Assembly (NCBI GenBank): GCA_043825875.1
Contig: JBDRRF010000076.1
Span: 170,120-234,119, forward strand
DNA: 64,000 bases
Direction of reading: 5' to 3'
Origin: Pseudomonadota bacterium
Lineage (GTDB): Bacteria > Desulfobacterota > Desulfobacteria > Desulfobacterales > RPRI01
Below the pieces are notes generated by a model. The model was not told where the DNA came from, ran no database searches, and saw nothing but the letters and a program-made list of their open reading frames with translations. A program made the position numbers and the translations under genes. Positions 15,777 to 26,685 of this stretch are shown piece after piece. How positions within the stretch are numbered: the first letter of the stretch is position 1; each line of letters opens with the position of its first letter.

Positions 15777-17501
15777 CTACCAACGTAATGTAGCCGACAG
15801 ATAAGCATTCCATACCTTGTCGACAACCGGGAATAAGGCATCAAAAGAAGTTAATTTATTGATTCTAACCGGCTCACCCAATGGATTTCCACTTCCGGTA
15901 TAGTCATAATCATAGTACTGACCGCCAAGTTGTATGAAAAAATTTCGGCCGACTATAGGCTGGTTATAATAGATTTCATATACCTGTCCACGGGTAGCAA
16001 GTTTGCTCCCGATAAGTGAATCTTCGGCACCGGTAAAATTAAACCAGTATTTTGATCCATAGTTATATTCCAGGCCAACCTTGGCATCCAGCGGCATGGG
16101 GAAAATGGCCCCCACATAGATCATGTATCCATCCCGGCTTTTCAAGTCTCCGTTGGAACTCAAAAGACCCTGACCCATAATCTCATAAAATGGATTTTCC
16201 GAGATCTGTGATGGGTCCGTATGACTCCATGAACCGGATATAAAGAAATCGATATCTTTATCAAATTTCTCAGTAAGATTTGATCTTACAAGTAATGAAG
16301 CAGCTTGCCAGTCACCGATATTACTAGTTGGCTCAAGCCTGCTGATAAATCCCCCATAATTTTTTTGAAAATAATACTCATTAACACCGTCATTGTTAAG
16401 ATCGTCTTTATAGGCGATAAACGGCATAACCGTCAGACCCGTAAAACCGTCGGTAACATCCCATGCATAGGCATAATTCAATACTGCACTGGTTGTATCG
16501 TTATTAAAAAGCGTTGCAATAAAACCAGCCATGTGGACATCATCTACATCCGCAGTACTGCTCAATGAAGCGCTGTTGCCATATTCGCTTTCAAAACCCA
16601 AACCATAGCAGAATTTTAATTCAAAACCGGGAATGTTTGTGGCATCCTCTAAACCAAAGCTTAAAGAAGCACCATCAAATTGCCAGTTAATAAGCGTAGC
16701 TACGGGTGATCCGCCCTCAAGGCCGTTGTTACGGTATTCAAGCGGTGGACCTTCTGTGGAGGGTCGACGACCCAAAGACAGGTTAAACGGCACTGATCCC
16801 ATATAGTTTTTATAATTAAAATATGCCCGTTCAAGACGAATAGTGTCTCCGTGGGGCAGGCTTGATGTATTGCCGTCAAATGTAGCGTCTCCAAGGCTTC
16901 CATGGTTGAATTTGACACCGGTGCTGTCACCATATACCTTGTATGTTGCTAAACGACCGGCAAAAGCAAGGTTGTCATTAACTTTGGCTTTCATTTCCAA
17001 ACGTATCCTGTTGGTGTAAATGATGTCATTGTTAATATCGTATTGCTCAACAGGCGGAACCATACCGCCTGCTATCATACCAGCAATACCCGCTTGAGCC
17101 TGTGCAAGTGTTGCACCATTAAAGCCTGTTGGAGCGTTAACAAAAAAACCGTTTACCAGAGAGCTTGGCGCCACTCTGAGATCCTGGTAGTGAATGCTTT
17201 CAGCCCTGGTTCTTAAATCAATGCCAAATGAGATTTTGTCGGTGGCCGTATGAAGTTCAGCCTTGTTGAGCCGACTATCCATCTCTTTGATCTGGTCCTT
17301 TTTTTCAGACTCTGTTGTCTCCATGGCTTCAATTCTTTTCTGGAGTTCCTCCATTTGTTGAGACATGGTCTGAAGTTGCTCTTTAAGAGTCTGAATTTCG
17401 TTTTCAGCAAAAACATCAGATACTGAAAACAGAGACAACAGAAAGAACAGACCAAAGATTTCAGCAAAAATTTTTACCCTTAATTTTTTTTTCTGTTTCA
17501 A
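15777..17501 (-). CDS. Outer-membrane beta-barrel protein with N-terminal coiled coil (DUF3373-like porin)
   Basis: Signal peptide, coiled coil, RLERAYF, SLGRRPST, C-terminal YLSATLRW. Confidence 0.75.
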   Translation of the reverse strand: MKQKKKLRVKIFAEIFGLFFLLSLFSVSDVFAENEIQTLKEQLQTMSQQMEELQKRIEAMETTESEKKDQIKEMDSRLNKAELHTATDKISFGIDLRTRAESIHYQDLRVAPSSLVNGFFVNAPTGFNGATLAQAQAGIAGMIAGGMVPPVEQYDINNDIIYTNRIRLEMKAKVNDNLAFAGRLATYKVYGDSTGVKFNHGSLGDATFDGNTSSLPHGDTIRLERAYFNYKNYMGSVPFNLSLGRRPSTEGPPLEYRNNGLEGGSPVATLINWQFDGASLSFGLEDATNIPGFELKFCYGLGFESEYGNSASLSSTADVDDVHMAGFIATLFNNDTTSAVLNYAYAWDVTDGFTGLTVMPFIAYKDDLNNDGVNEYYFQKNYGGFISRLEPTSNIGDWQAASLLVRSNLTEKFDKDIDFFISGSWSHTDPSQISENPFYEIMGQGLLSSNGDLKSRDGYMIYVGAIFPMPLDAKVGLEYNYGSKYWFNFTGAEDSLIGSKLATRGQVYEIYYNQPIVGRNFFIQLGGQYYDYDYTGSGNPLGEPVRINKLTSFDALFPVVDKVWNAYLSATLRW

Positions 17502-17623
17502 TTTTCCCTCCTTTTTAAATGTATAACTGTACCCGATACTTTTGAGGCAGGTGCATGGTTAGTGCATCCAATATGAACCCGAAATATTATCAACACCCGG
17601 AACCAGCAGTAACAGATCACCAG

Positions 17624-17640
17624 AGCAATGATTGTACCAA
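17624..17640 (-). promoter_or_regulatory. sigma54 (-24/-12) promoter
   Basis: Minus strand TTGGTAC-AATCA-TTGCT; divergent from an enhancer-binding protein gene. Confidence 0.8.
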
Positions 17641-17730
17641 ATGAAAAGAAAAAGATAAGCAAATAGTTAATTAATTGAAATAATAATGCAATTTACCATC
17701 TTGTTTTTTTCTTGCATTATTCGGTTTTAT

Positions 17731-17774
17731 TGTTATGTTAACAGGTGTTAACTTTACAGGTTTACAATTAAACG
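17731..17774. promoter_or_regulatory. Putative upstream activator sequences
   Basis: TGTTAACA and TGTTAACT repeats ~100-130 bp upstream of the sigma54 site. Confidence 0.5.
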
Positions 17775-18135
17775 ATAATTTTTTATCCGTTTAATTTCAT
17801 GCATCAGACCAATAGCTCTGTTAGTGCACCCTCAAGAGGTTCAACCGGTCCAGGGTACAATATTTGGAAAGTGGTTATAGGTTCTTCCTTAAGGAAAGGC
17901 CCAAAAAATTAGGGATTAAGTAAAAAGAACCATTTGAAAACTGAAAAATTTTAACACATAAAAAAAAGAACTGCAAATATTATGTAATTGTTGTTTCTTA
18001 ATTTTGAAGTAAAACCATATAAGATTAACTTAGAATAAAGATCTGCATACCACCATCTCTGCTGATAATATATTGATCCTTATGTTGTAATGTATTCATT
18101 CTTTATAAAAACTTCAGATTGGGGAGAAAATCGTT

Positions 18136-19521
18136 ATGGATATCGGAAAGCACTGGGAAACGATTATAGAAACCATACAGGACGGAGTTTTGGTGATCGA
18201 TCCGGAAGGTAATATTATGTCCGCAAATCCTGCGGCTGAGCGTTTGACAGGATATTCATCCAAAGAACTTATCGGTAAGTCTTGCCGTATTTTAAACTGC
18301 ACGGGATGCAAAATTAAAGGAGGGGGTCCCGGGGAAGTATGGTGCAAACTTTTTGTAAAGGGCAAAAGTAAAAACAAGAAATGTTTGATGACTCATAAAG
18401 ATCGCCGCACTGTACACATTATCAAAAGCGCGACCGTTCTGCATGATAAAGACGGAGAGATAATTGGCGCCGTAGAAACCCTGACCGATGTTTCACAATT
18501 GGTGCGCCAACAACAAGAAATTGTATCTTTAAGAAAAACATATCACTTGGATGATGGTTATTACGGGATACTGGGCAAATCTGTAATTATGCAGAACATG
18601 TTTGAACTGATTGATAATGTTGCCCAGTCGGACGCTCCGGTCATGATTCAGGGTCAAAGTGGTACGGGCAAAGAAATGGTGGCCAGGGCAATTCATCAGG
18701 CCAGTGCTCGTTGTGATAAACCTTTTGTAAAAGTAAACTGTGCTGCTTTGAATGAAAACCTTCTGGAAAGCGAACTCTTCGGTCATATCAAAGGGGCTTA
18801 TACCGGAGCCGATAAAACGAGAATCGGACGTTTCGAGGCTGCCCATGAAGGCACCATATTTCTGGATGAAATCGGTGACATACCCCTTTCGATTCAGGTA
18901 AAGCTTCTTCGTGTCTTAGAGGAAAAAGAAATTGAACGGGTCGGCGACCATAACCCTATTCCTGTTAATGTGCGTATAATTACTGCAACAAACAAAAACC
19001 TTGAACAATTAATTGATAAGGGACTTTTCCGGGAAGATTTATTTTTTCGTATAAATGTTTTTCCGCTCCATTGCCCGACTCTTTCGGAAAGGATGGAAGA
19101 TATTCCATTTATAGTTCAGAGTTTTATTAAGCAAAATTCAATCCGGAGCGGCAAAAAAATTCTGGGTGTCACACCTGAAGTAATGGAAATCTTCTCCTCC
19201 TATTCCTGGCCGGGAAATGTCAGAGAGCTTAGAAACGCTATCGAATATGCATTTGTGCTTTGCTCCGGCGGAGCAATTGGAAAACAACATTTACCACTAA
19301 AAATTTTAAAGGCCAAAGGAGCGAGTTCAAAATCAGCAATCTGCTCCCAGAACGATTCTGTGGAACGTGAAAAGCTCATAAAGATTCTTCAAGAAGCCAA
19401 CGGGAATCAGTCCGAAGCTGCCAGGGTCTTAGGCATCAGCCGGGTCACAATTTGGAAAAGGATGAAAAAATACGGTATTAAACCAACAATAGATTTAAAT
19501 GGAGAAAAAAATTTAACATAA
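18136..19521 (+). CDS. sigma54-dependent enhancer-binding protein (PAS-AAA+-Fis HTH)
   Basis: [38 protein letters not shown]; Cys-rich PAS ([11 protein letters not shown]). Confidence 0.95.
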   Translation: MDIGKHWETIIETIQDGVLVIDPEGNIMSANPAAERLTGYSSKELIGKSCRILNCTGCKIKGGGPGEVWCKLFVKGKSKNKKCLMTHKDRRTVHIIKSATVLHDKDGEIIGAVETLTDVSQLVRQQQEIVSLRKTYHLDDGYYGILGKSVIMQNMFELIDNVAQSDAPVMIQGQSGTGKEMVARAIHQASARCDKPFVKVNCAALNENLLESELFGHIKGAYTGADKTRIGRFEAAHEGTIFLDEIGDIPLSIQVKLLRVLEEKEIERVGDHNPIPVNVRIITATNKNLEQLIDKGLFREDLFFRINVFPLHCPTLSERMEDIPFIVQSFIKQNSIRSGKKILGVTPEVMEIFSSYSWPGNVRELRNAIEYAFVLCSGGAIGKQHLPLKILKAKGASSKSAICSQNDSVEREKLIKILQEANGNQSEAARVLGISRVTIWKRMKKYGIKPTIDLNGEKNLT

Positions 19522-20022
19522 ACCGGAAAATATTTTCAGACTTTCAATTCCCCTTTAAATGATATGAAGCTATCTAAAAAGCAGTATTATTGTTATTCAT
19601 ACGCAAACGAATATTTTTTTAACAATAAGTTAAATATCATAGAGTATAAGGCTGATTGTTTGCTTGTTTTCTTATCAATTTATGATATATAGCTGATAAA
19701 TTTATTTATATTTCAAAATAGCCGCGAATTTTTATAATTATAAAAGTTTTTTACAGAATCATGGGCTTGTTTTTTGCTTTGTTTTTCTAAACCTTAAAAT
19801 TAGGTTTGTACCTTATATTGATGGGATACATGGTAACATTATTCAAATTCCTGAGGGCAATGCTTGATATATAATTATTTTAACTTTTTATAAATACTTA
19901 AGAATTACCGGAGTAATCGGCCCGGTTGGAAAGCCGATTTTTTTTACTCTTTTATATATATAATATGAACAACAGTATCATTTTGTTATTCAAATGATCA
20001 AAAAAAGCTGGAGGTAAAAAAA

Positions 20023-20238
20023 ATGAGTCAGGAAGTGCGGTCTCCGATGCAGGGAGTTATTCTGGAGATTAAGGTTAAAGAAGGCGACAAGGTAGCTGAA
20101 GATGATGAGCTTTTTATTCTTGAAGCAATGAAAATGGAAAACCCTATATATGCCCCGTCAAACGGAACGGTAAAGGAGATCAAAGTTAAAAAAAAGGATA
20201 GCGTTGAAGTAGAACAGGTATTAATGGTCTTGGAATAA
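20023..20238 (+). CDS. Biotin carboxyl carrier protein
   Basis: EAMKMEN motif; GGAGG RBS. Confidence 0.92.
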   Translation: MSQEVRSPMQGVILEIKVKEGDKVAEDDELFILEAMKMENPIYAPSNGTVKEIKVKKKDSVEVEQVLMVLE

Positions 20239-20286
20239 ACAAGAAATAAAGTGTATTTTATAAAGGTATTATAATTTACTGTTTTA

Positions 20287-20332
20287 ATAAATTACAAAAA
20301 TCAGCTACATTTAGCTGATTTTTGTAATTTAT
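20287..20332. repeat. Perfect 21-bp inverted repeat
   Basis: ATAAATTACAAAAATCAGCTA-CATT-TAGCTGATTTTTGTAATTTAT. Confidence 0.85.
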
Positions 20333-20383
20333 ATATTTTGCATCTGCAACAGGTTTCAGCATTATTTTTTAAGGAGGTATTTT

Positions 20384-20530
20384 ATGGCTGAAAATATTTG
20401 GGTAACCGCAATCAGGATTTTTATATATGGCTTTGGCACAGTATGTACCAGTTTAATAACATTAATGTTTTGTATCAAACTAATGAGTGCTGCAATCCTG
20501 AGACTGAAAGGCAGTGAAAAAAATGGCTGA
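20384..20530 (+). CDS. OadG-like membrane anchor subunit, 48 aa (not in ORF track)
   Basis: [45 protein letters not shown] single TM helix; overlaps beta-subunit start. Confidence 0.75.
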   Translation: MAENIWVTAIRIFIYGFGTVCTSLITLMFCIKLMSAAILRLKGSEKNG

Positions 20531-21671
20531 AAATTTTCCTTTATTGAATCAGATTATCTTTAATACAGGTTTTCTTCATTTGCAAATCGGCCACGTAATA
20601 ATGTGGATTATTGCCTTTACCTTTATTTATCTTGCCATAAAAAAAGAATTTGAACCGCTTCTTTTGTTGCCTATCGGTTTTGGAATACTTCTTGTTAATC
20701 TTCCTTTAGCACCAATAATGGGAATGACTGAAGGAGCTGAAGGTCTGCAAAGAGATCTTGTTAAATGGTTTTATGACTTCGGTATAGCTACTGAGATTAT
20801 CCCATGTCTGATTTTTATGGGTGTAGGCGCACTTACTGATTTTGGGCCTTTGATAGCAAACCCTAAAACTTTGCTTCTGGGAGCTGCCGCACAATTTGGA
20901 GTATACATAGCTTTTTTCGGAGCAATAATTTTCGGATTCAACCTGCAGGAAGCCGCATCTATAGGCATTATAGGCGGCGCTGACGGACCCACATGCATAT
21001 ATCTTACTTCAAAACTGGCTCCGCAATTGTTGGGCGCAAATGCTTTGGCTGCGTATTCCTACATGGCAATGGTGCCTCTGATTCAGCCTCCTATTATGAG
21101 ACTGCTCACCACCAAGGCAGAACGAAAAATCAAAATGAAACAAATGCGGCCTGTTTCAAAAACAGAAAAAATAATTTTCCCTTTAATTGGGACAATTCTT
21201 ATCTGTATGCTTGTCCCTCCTGCAGCCCCCTTAATAGGTATGATGTTTCTTGGAAATCTTTTCAAAGAAAGCGGAGTTGTTGAAAGATTAAGCCATGCAG
21301 CACAAAATGAGCTTTTAAATATTGTCACTATATTCCTTGGCTTAGCAATTGGTGCCACAATGAATGCTGAAGCATTTCTTAAACCCCAACCTATTTTCAT
21401 CTTCTTTCTAGGACTTGCTGCTTTTGCTTTCGGCACTGCAAGCGGAATAATAATGGCTAAAGTTATGAATCTGTTTTTAAAAGATAAAATTAACCCCCTT
21501 ATAGGTTCTGCAGGTGTTTCAGCTGTTCCTATGGCAGCCAGGGTATCGCAAATAGAGGGGCAAAAAGCCAATAAGCAAAATTTTCTATTGATGCATGCCA
21601 TGGGGCCTAATGTTGCCGGGGTAATAGGCACAGCAATAGCCGCCGGATTATTTTTGACAATGCTTAAATAA
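20523..21671 (+). CDS. Na+-translocating decarboxylase beta subunit (OadB/GcdB/MmdB family)
   Basis: [47 protein letters not shown]. Confidence 0.95.
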   Translation: MAENFPLLNQIIFNTGFLHLQIGHVIMWIIAFTFIYLAIKKEFEPLLLLPIGFGILLVNLPLAPIMGMTEGAEGLQRDLVKWFYDFGIATEIIPCLIFMGVGALTDFGPLIANPKTLLLGAAAQFGVYIAFFGAIIFGFNLQEAASIGIIGGADGPTCIYLTSKLAPQLLGANALAAYSYMAMVPLIQPPIMRLLTTKAERKIKMKQMRPVSKTEKIIFPLIGTILICMLVPPAAPLIGMMFLGNLFKESGVVERLSHAAQNELLNIVTIFLGLAIGATMNAEAFLKPQPIFIFFLGLAAFAFGTASGIIMAKVMNLFLKDKINPLIGSAGVSAVPMAARVSQIEGQKANKQNFLLMHAMGPNVAGVIGTAIAAGLFLTMLK

Positions 21672-21690
21672 AAATTATGGCAGAAACCTG

Positions 21691-22863
21691 ATGATAAATC
21701 AGAAAAATCAGGACAACTTAAAAATTGCAATGCTGGGTTCCTTTCCCCCGCTTCGCGGACTCAGCAGTTATTGTCTGGAGCTTGCCTTGTCTGTCGCAGA
21801 TCTGACTGATATAGAATTTATCTCATTTAAAAAACTATATCCGGCTTTCATGTACCCTGGGGGTGATCTAAAAGAAGACAACACATTCCCTGTTCCGCAC
21901 CATCCGAATCTTAAAATAAAACGCAGGCTAACCTGGTATAATCCATTAACCTGGTTAAAAGAAGGGATGTTTGGCAATGGTGATTTATTGCATGCACAGT
22001 GGTGGAGCCTGCCGCTTTTCCCTGTCTATTTAATAATACTTAGTTTCTTTAAAATACGATGCCGTCCCATAGTAATCACTGTTCATAATGTTGTAGACCA
22101 TGAAAAATCATATACATATAAAAAGTTTTCAGGTTTACTGTTTAAGCTTGCAGACCATCTGATTGTTCATACCGCAAAAAATAAAGAGCAGATGATTACC
22201 GAATATGGAATTTCTCCTGATAAACTGAGTCTTATACCTCATGGGTCTTTAGATTTCCATGTTAAGTATAATATAGACAGAGAAGAAATTCGAAAAGAAT
22301 TGGGATTTGATATAAAAAATAAAATCATTCTTCTTTTTGGCGCAATTCGTCCGTATAAAGGAGTCGATACGGCTCTTAAAGCATTCGCCCAGGTTTTAGC
22401 AAAAGTACCCGATTCCCGTCTTTTGATAGCAGGAAAACTATGGGAGAAGTGGGAGCCTTATCAAAAATTGATAGAGAAGCTTAATATAGAAGAGTATATT
22501 TCAACTTATCTTGATTATATACCTTCAGGTGAAGTATATAGATTTTTTACTGCATCAGATATAGTAATTCTGCCATACCACCATTTTGACAGCCAAAGCG
22601 GTGTGGGGGCTACAGCGGTTTCTTTCCGCAAACCATTAATTGTAACAGATGTAGGTGGATTGCCGGATCTTGTTTGTGATAGGCGTTTCATTGTAAAGCC
22701 AAACGATGAATCTTCCCTTGCATCTGCAATAATCGGATGCATAAATGATCCTGAAAAACTAAAAACAATGGCGAATGCATCAGATACTATTATTGAACAA
22801 CTTGCATGGCCGGAAATAGCAAAAAAAACTTATTCCATTTATAATCAATTGTTGGGTTTTTAA
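21691..22863 (+). CDS. Glycosyltransferase family 4
   Basis: FGAIRPYKG, SQSGV, TDVGGL. Confidence 0.9.
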   Translation: MINQKNQDNLKIAMLGSFPPLRGLSSYCLELALSVADLTDIEFISFKKLYPAFMYPGGDLKEDNTFPVPHHPNLKIKRRLTWYNPLTWLKEGMFGNGDLLHAQWWSLPLFPVYLIILSFFKIRCRPIVITVHNVVDHEKSYTYKKFSGLLFKLADHLIVHTAKNKEQMITEYGISPDKLSLIPHGSLDFHVKYNIDREEIRKELGFDIKNKIILLFGAIRPYKGVDTALKAFAQVLAKVPDSRLLIAGKLWEKWEPYQKLIEKLNIEEYISTYLDYIPSGEVYRFFTASDIVILPYHHFDSQSGVGATAVSFRKPLIVTDVGGLPDLVCDRRFIVKPNDESSLASAIIGCINDPEKLKTMANASDTIIEQLAWPEIAKKTYSIYNQLLGF

Positions 22864-22886
22864 AAAAGCTTTGATGGGGCATAAAA

Positions 22887-24014
22887 GTGAGCTATCTTAA
22901 AGAAGTACTTCCAAAGATTATGCGATATCACCTGGCAAGAAGGAAAATCATATCTTGCGGTTTGCCCTTAAATCTTACATTTTCCGTCACTAATATGTGC
23001 CAGTCCCGTTGCCGCACCTGCAATATCTGGGCTGTATATGAAAAAGATCCAGAAAAACTAAAAGAAGAATTAACAATTGATGAAATTGAAAAAATTTTTC
23101 GTTCGATGGGGCATATCTATATATTTAACATCAGCGGAGGAGAACCCTTTTTACGACCTGATATTACTGATATTATAAAGCTTGCCTGCAAATACTTATC
23201 TCCCGGCATTATTCATATCCCAACAAATGCTATAGATGTTGAACTTGCTTATAATAAAACACGTCAAATTATAGATTTTCTAAAATCAGAGTTTCCAAAC
23301 ACCCATCTGACTGTTAAACCCAGTCTGGATCATATAGGCGAGAAGCATGACAAAATCAGGGGGGTAAAAGGTAATTTTGATAAAGTAATGGAATTGTTTA
23401 ATAAGCTTAAATCCATGCAGCCTGATTTTCCTAACTTTCATGCAGAACTTGGCACTGTCATATCAAAATGGAACGTGAATGACATAGAAGAAATCTCTGC
23501 TTTTGTAACATCGCTTGGTGTTGACAGCTATAGAAATGAAATTGCAGAACAACGCTTTGAAATGTTTAATACACAAAACTCTATAACACCGAAGGTTGAA
23601 GATTACGAAAAGGCTATAGAGCATTTCGTGTCTCATATCAGAGCAAATATGAAAAACCGTTTGTTCTTTCTTCGCATTACAAATGCTTTTCGTCTGGTGT
23701 ATTATTCTCTTGCTATTCAAATCCTTAAAGAAAAGCGTCAGGTCATTACCTGTTACGCAGGCATTTCCAATGCCCATTTATCCCCATACGGCGATATCTG
23801 GGCCTGTTGTACCCTTGCGAATCAGAAATCTATGGGAAATTTGCGCGATTATAATTATAGCTTTAATGACCTTTGGAACAGTAGTCAGGCGGATACTGTC
23901 CGGAAAGACATATACAACAAAACATGCAGTTGTCCTCTCGCGAATCAAACATATTCAAATATGCTTATGCATGGCCCTACCATGCTTAAGGTGCTGCATG
24001 AGATGATAAAATGA
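22887..24014 (+). CDS. Radical SAM protein with SPASM/twitch domain
   Basis: CQSRCRTC, SGGEPFLR, CYAG...GDIWACC...CSC. Confidence 0.9.
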   Translation: MSYLKEVLPKIMRYHLARRKIISCGLPLNLTFSVTNMCQSRCRTCNIWAVYEKDPEKLKEELTIDEIEKIFRSMGHIYIFNISGGEPFLRPDITDIIKLACKYLSPGIIHIPTNAIDVELAYNKTRQIIDFLKSEFPNTHLTVKPSLDHIGEKHDKIRGVKGNFDKVMELFNKLKSMQPDFPNFHAELGTVISKWNVNDIEEISAFVTSLGVDSYRNEIAEQRFEMFNTQNSITPKVEDYEKAIEHFVSHIRANMKNRLFFLRITNAFRLVYYSLAIQILKEKRQVITCYAGISNAHLSPYGDIWACCTLANQKSMGNLRDYNYSFNDLWNSSQADTVRKDIYNKTCSCPLANQTYSNMLMHGPTMLKVLHEMIK

Positions 24015-24035
24015 TACCCTTTAAAAAGGAATGAC

Positions 24036-25022
24036 ATGCGATACTTGGTAACCGGTGCAACCGGTTTTATCGGACCTTATCTTATTCGAAAAGTGACTTC
24101 TCTTGGCCATACTTGCAGATGTCTGATTCGAAAAGGAAGTAATACTGATGCTCTGAAAGAGTTCGATATTGAGTATGTTACTGGTGACATTACTGACCCT
24201 GCGACTCTATGTTATATTGCTGAAAATATAGATTGCCTCATTCATATGGCAACACTCGGGCATATGAACAATTTTACTGTAAGTGAATCCATGTTCGATG
24301 AAGTAAATGTACGGGGAACTTCAAACATAATGAAAGCAGCTCTGTCGGCAGGTATCAGCAAGATCGTGCATTGCAGCTCAGTTGCCGCTATGGGAATCTG
24401 CCAGGATATTCCTGCAACAGAAAAAAGCGAATGCTACCCTCATCATCCTTATGGCAGAAGCAAACTTAAAGCTGAAAAAGAAGTTCAGCAGATGGTTAAG
24501 CAAGAAAAGCTGCCTGCTGTAATAATAAGATTTTCTATGGTATACGGCCCAGGCGATAAAAGAGACATGTTAAAACTTACCCGTATGGCAAAAAAAGGCT
24601 TGTTTCCAAAGGTGGGTAAAAAAGCCAAGCTGACTCCGCTTATACATGTTGAAGATGCTGTAGAAGGAATTCTGGCAGCAGTAGAAAAAGGCACACCTGG
24701 AGAAATCTATCTGATAACAAACACGCGATCCGAAGAGTTTGACAACATACGCAAAATTATTCAAGAAGCATTAGGTATTCATAAAACAGTATTGTACATT
24801 CCTGAGTGGTTGGCATTGGCCGGAGCGTCGCTTGCTGAAAAGACATTTTCAATTTTTGGAAAAACACCTCCGGTTTCCAGAAAAAATATAGAGTCTACTT
24901 TAGCGGACAGAGTTTTTTCAATTGAAAAGGCACAAAAAGAGCTGGGGTTTAATCCTAAAATAAAACCTTATGATGGAATTAAAGATACTGTGGATTGGTA
25001 TAAAAAAAAGGGGTGGATATAA
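24036..25022 (+). CDS. NAD-dependent epimerase/dehydratase
   Basis: TGATGFIG, YGRSK, VYGPGD. Confidence 0.9.
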   Translation: MRYLVTGATGFIGPYLIRKVTSLGHTCRCLIRKGSNTDALKEFDIEYVTGDITDPATLCYIAENIDCLIHMATLGHMNNFTVSESMFDEVNVRGTSNIMKAALSAGISKIVHCSSVAAMGICQDIPATEKSECYPHHPYGRSKLKAEKEVQQMVKQEKLPAVIIRFSMVYGPGDKRDMLKLTRMAKKGLFPKVGKKAKLTPLIHVEDAVEGILAAVEKGTPGEIYLITNTRSEEFDNIRKIIQEALGIHKTVLYIPEWLALAGASLAEKTFSIFGKTPPVSRKNIESTLADRVFSIEKAQKELGFNPKIKPYDGIKDTVDWYKKKGWI

Positions 25023-25023
25023 A

Positions 25024-25821
25024 GTGGGAAAGGAAATAGAAGTATTCGGGGTAACCTACGACAGATATGTACTGCTGAATCTGCACAAAATCTTTGCAAA
25101 GCAATTTAACTTAAAAACCGTAGTTGAAATGCCGAGTCATGGTGCAAAAGCAGCAGGATCTTTGTATTCAATAGGCTTTGGACTTGCTGGTTGCAAGGTG
25201 ACGCTCGTGAACCCCGAATCTGATATGCTTTATGGATGGGAAAAAATAGGAATTAAAAATAAAGTTGAAATGGTTTCAAACATAGATGTTTATAATTCAG
25301 GCTTTAAAGACAATCAGTTTGATCTTGCCTGGAATTTTGTCACATGGACGGAACTTGATAATCCTCCAAAATATCTTGTTGAAATGAAACGGATTTCAAA
25401 AAAATATATTCTTCTTGTCACTTGCAATAATTTTCAGCCAGGATACCCCTGGCACAGGCTAATTCACAAAGCATTTGGGTTCCCGTGGACACACGGACAA
25501 GTAAAGTACAATCATATTACAAAAGTTAAAAAGCTTTTTAAAGAAACCGGAATAAATGTAATTGAATACGGCGCTATCGATACCCCAGGCTGGCCTGACC
25601 CAAGCGGCCCAAGAGATATAAGACTTCACAAAAGATTCGGAAGTAAAAACGAAGAACCGCCAAAAGAAAAACCGGAATGGGAAGTACCTTTTGTTGAATA
25701 TGTACGAACAGGAATTTATCCTGGCTGGATGAAGGCCTTAGGTAAATGGGATATGACTTTCAGGAAAGGAGTTTTCAAACTGCCTATGAGTCATTTGTTT
25801 TATGTGCTGGGGGAAAAGTGA
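25024..25821 (+). CDS. Class I SAM-methyltransferase-like protein
   Basis: FKDNQFDLAWNF...YLVEMKRISKK; atypical motif I. Confidence 0.55.
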   Translation: MGKEIEVFGVTYDRYVLLNLHKIFAKQFNLKTVVEMPSHGAKAAGSLYSIGFGLAGCKVTLVNPESDMLYGWEKIGIKNKVEMVSNIDVYNSGFKDNQFDLAWNFVTWTELDNPPKYLVEMKRISKKYILLVTCNNFQPGYPWHRLIHKAFGFPWTHGQVKYNHITKVKKLFKETGINVIEYGAIDTPGWPDPSGPRDIRLHKRFGSKNEEPPKEKPEWEVPFVEYVRTGIYPGWMKALGKWDMTFRKGVFKLPMSHLFYVLGEK

Positions 25822-25834
25822 TTATACCCAAAAG

Positions 25835-26022
25835 TTATTCATCAAAAGTTAAAACAAAGTCTTCTGTTAAGGCCTTTTTAAAATGAATATCATTGGATAT
25901 TATAAGATCAACGCTATTTATAATTCCTGATGCAATAACTATTTCAAATATATGATGATATTTGTATCCACCAATACGCATTTGCCTGATACAGACTTTT
26001 CTAGAAAGGTGGATTTTATCAC
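25835..26022 (-). pseudogene. Internally deleted VapC/PIN toxin
   Basis: N-terminus ...CVLVDTNIIIYLK* joined out of frame to C-terminus IASGIINSVDLIISNDIHFKK. Confidence 0.75.
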
Positions 26023-26264
26023 ACTGACCTGTCTTTTCTTTCTTTATCTATGTATTCTTTTACATGATCCGCATTTTCCCCAAAACTGCCTTTTGTTAAT
26101 CCTGACAGTTTTTCCGTGAAAGAAGAAACAGGCTGAAGAATAATTTTATTATCTTCCCTGCTTAACAGGATTTTTGTGCCTGATTTTATATTCATCTCTT
26201 TTCGAATGTGTGCTGGCAGAATAATATACCCTCTGTTTGAAACTGTCACACTATCAGTAATCAT
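26019..26264 (-). CDS. AbrB/MazE/SpoVT-family antitoxin
   Basis: VTVSNRGYIILPAHIRKEMNIKSG. Confidence 0.88.
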   Translation of the reverse strand: MITDSVTVSNRGYIILPAHIRKEMNIKSGTKILLSREDNKIILQPVSSFTEKLSGLTKGSFGENADHVKEYIDKERKDRSV

Positions 26265-26346
26265 GCTGTCATTCTCCATAAATGCTGTTAATCTTATTAT
26301 TAATTGCAATATTTATTACTGTCAACAAAAGATAATTTTATACTAT

Positions 26347-26375
26347 TTGACACAATTTAAAATAATGGCTATTAT
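26347..26375 (+). promoter_or_regulatory. sigma70 promoter for phd-vapC
   Basis: TTGACA-N17-TATTAT. Confidence 0.6.
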
Positions 26376-26412
26376 CAAAATCAAACATGTACATAATCAG
26401 GAGTATTCAACC

Positions 26413-26685
26413 ATGGAAAATGTAGGCGTTAAAGAACTTAGAGACAGTCTCAGCATCATCCTTAAGAAAGTGGAAAATGGGGAGATAATAAAAATCATGC
26501 GACACGGAAAAGCTGTTGCAGAGCTTAAGCCGCTGGTAACCCCCAGTGAACAAATGTTACTAAATAACCTAAAAAATAAAGGTGTGTTAGGGGGCGGCAA
26601 TGGCAATATTGGCTTCATAAAGAGTGTTAAGAACAAAATTCCTGATATGCCTGTTTCCGACTTAATTACACAGGATCGTAAATGA
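26413..26685 (+). CDS. Phd/YefM-family antitoxin
   Basis: VGVKELRDSLS..VENGE..RHGKAVAEL; AGGAG RBS. Confidence 0.88.
   Translation: MENVGVKELRDSLSIILKKVENGEIIKIMRHGKAVAELKPLVTPSEQMLLNNLKNKGVLGGGNGNIGFIKSVKNKIPDMPVSDLITQDRK

Noticed and set aside
19730..19745. Palindrome TTTTATAATTATAAAA
   Set aside because: Pure A/T within a very AT-rich intergenic region; likely chance
21083..21730. 215-aa antisense ORF (also 55695-56429, 36234-36836, 35380-35913)
   Set aside because: Shadow frames of well-supported genes on the opposite strand
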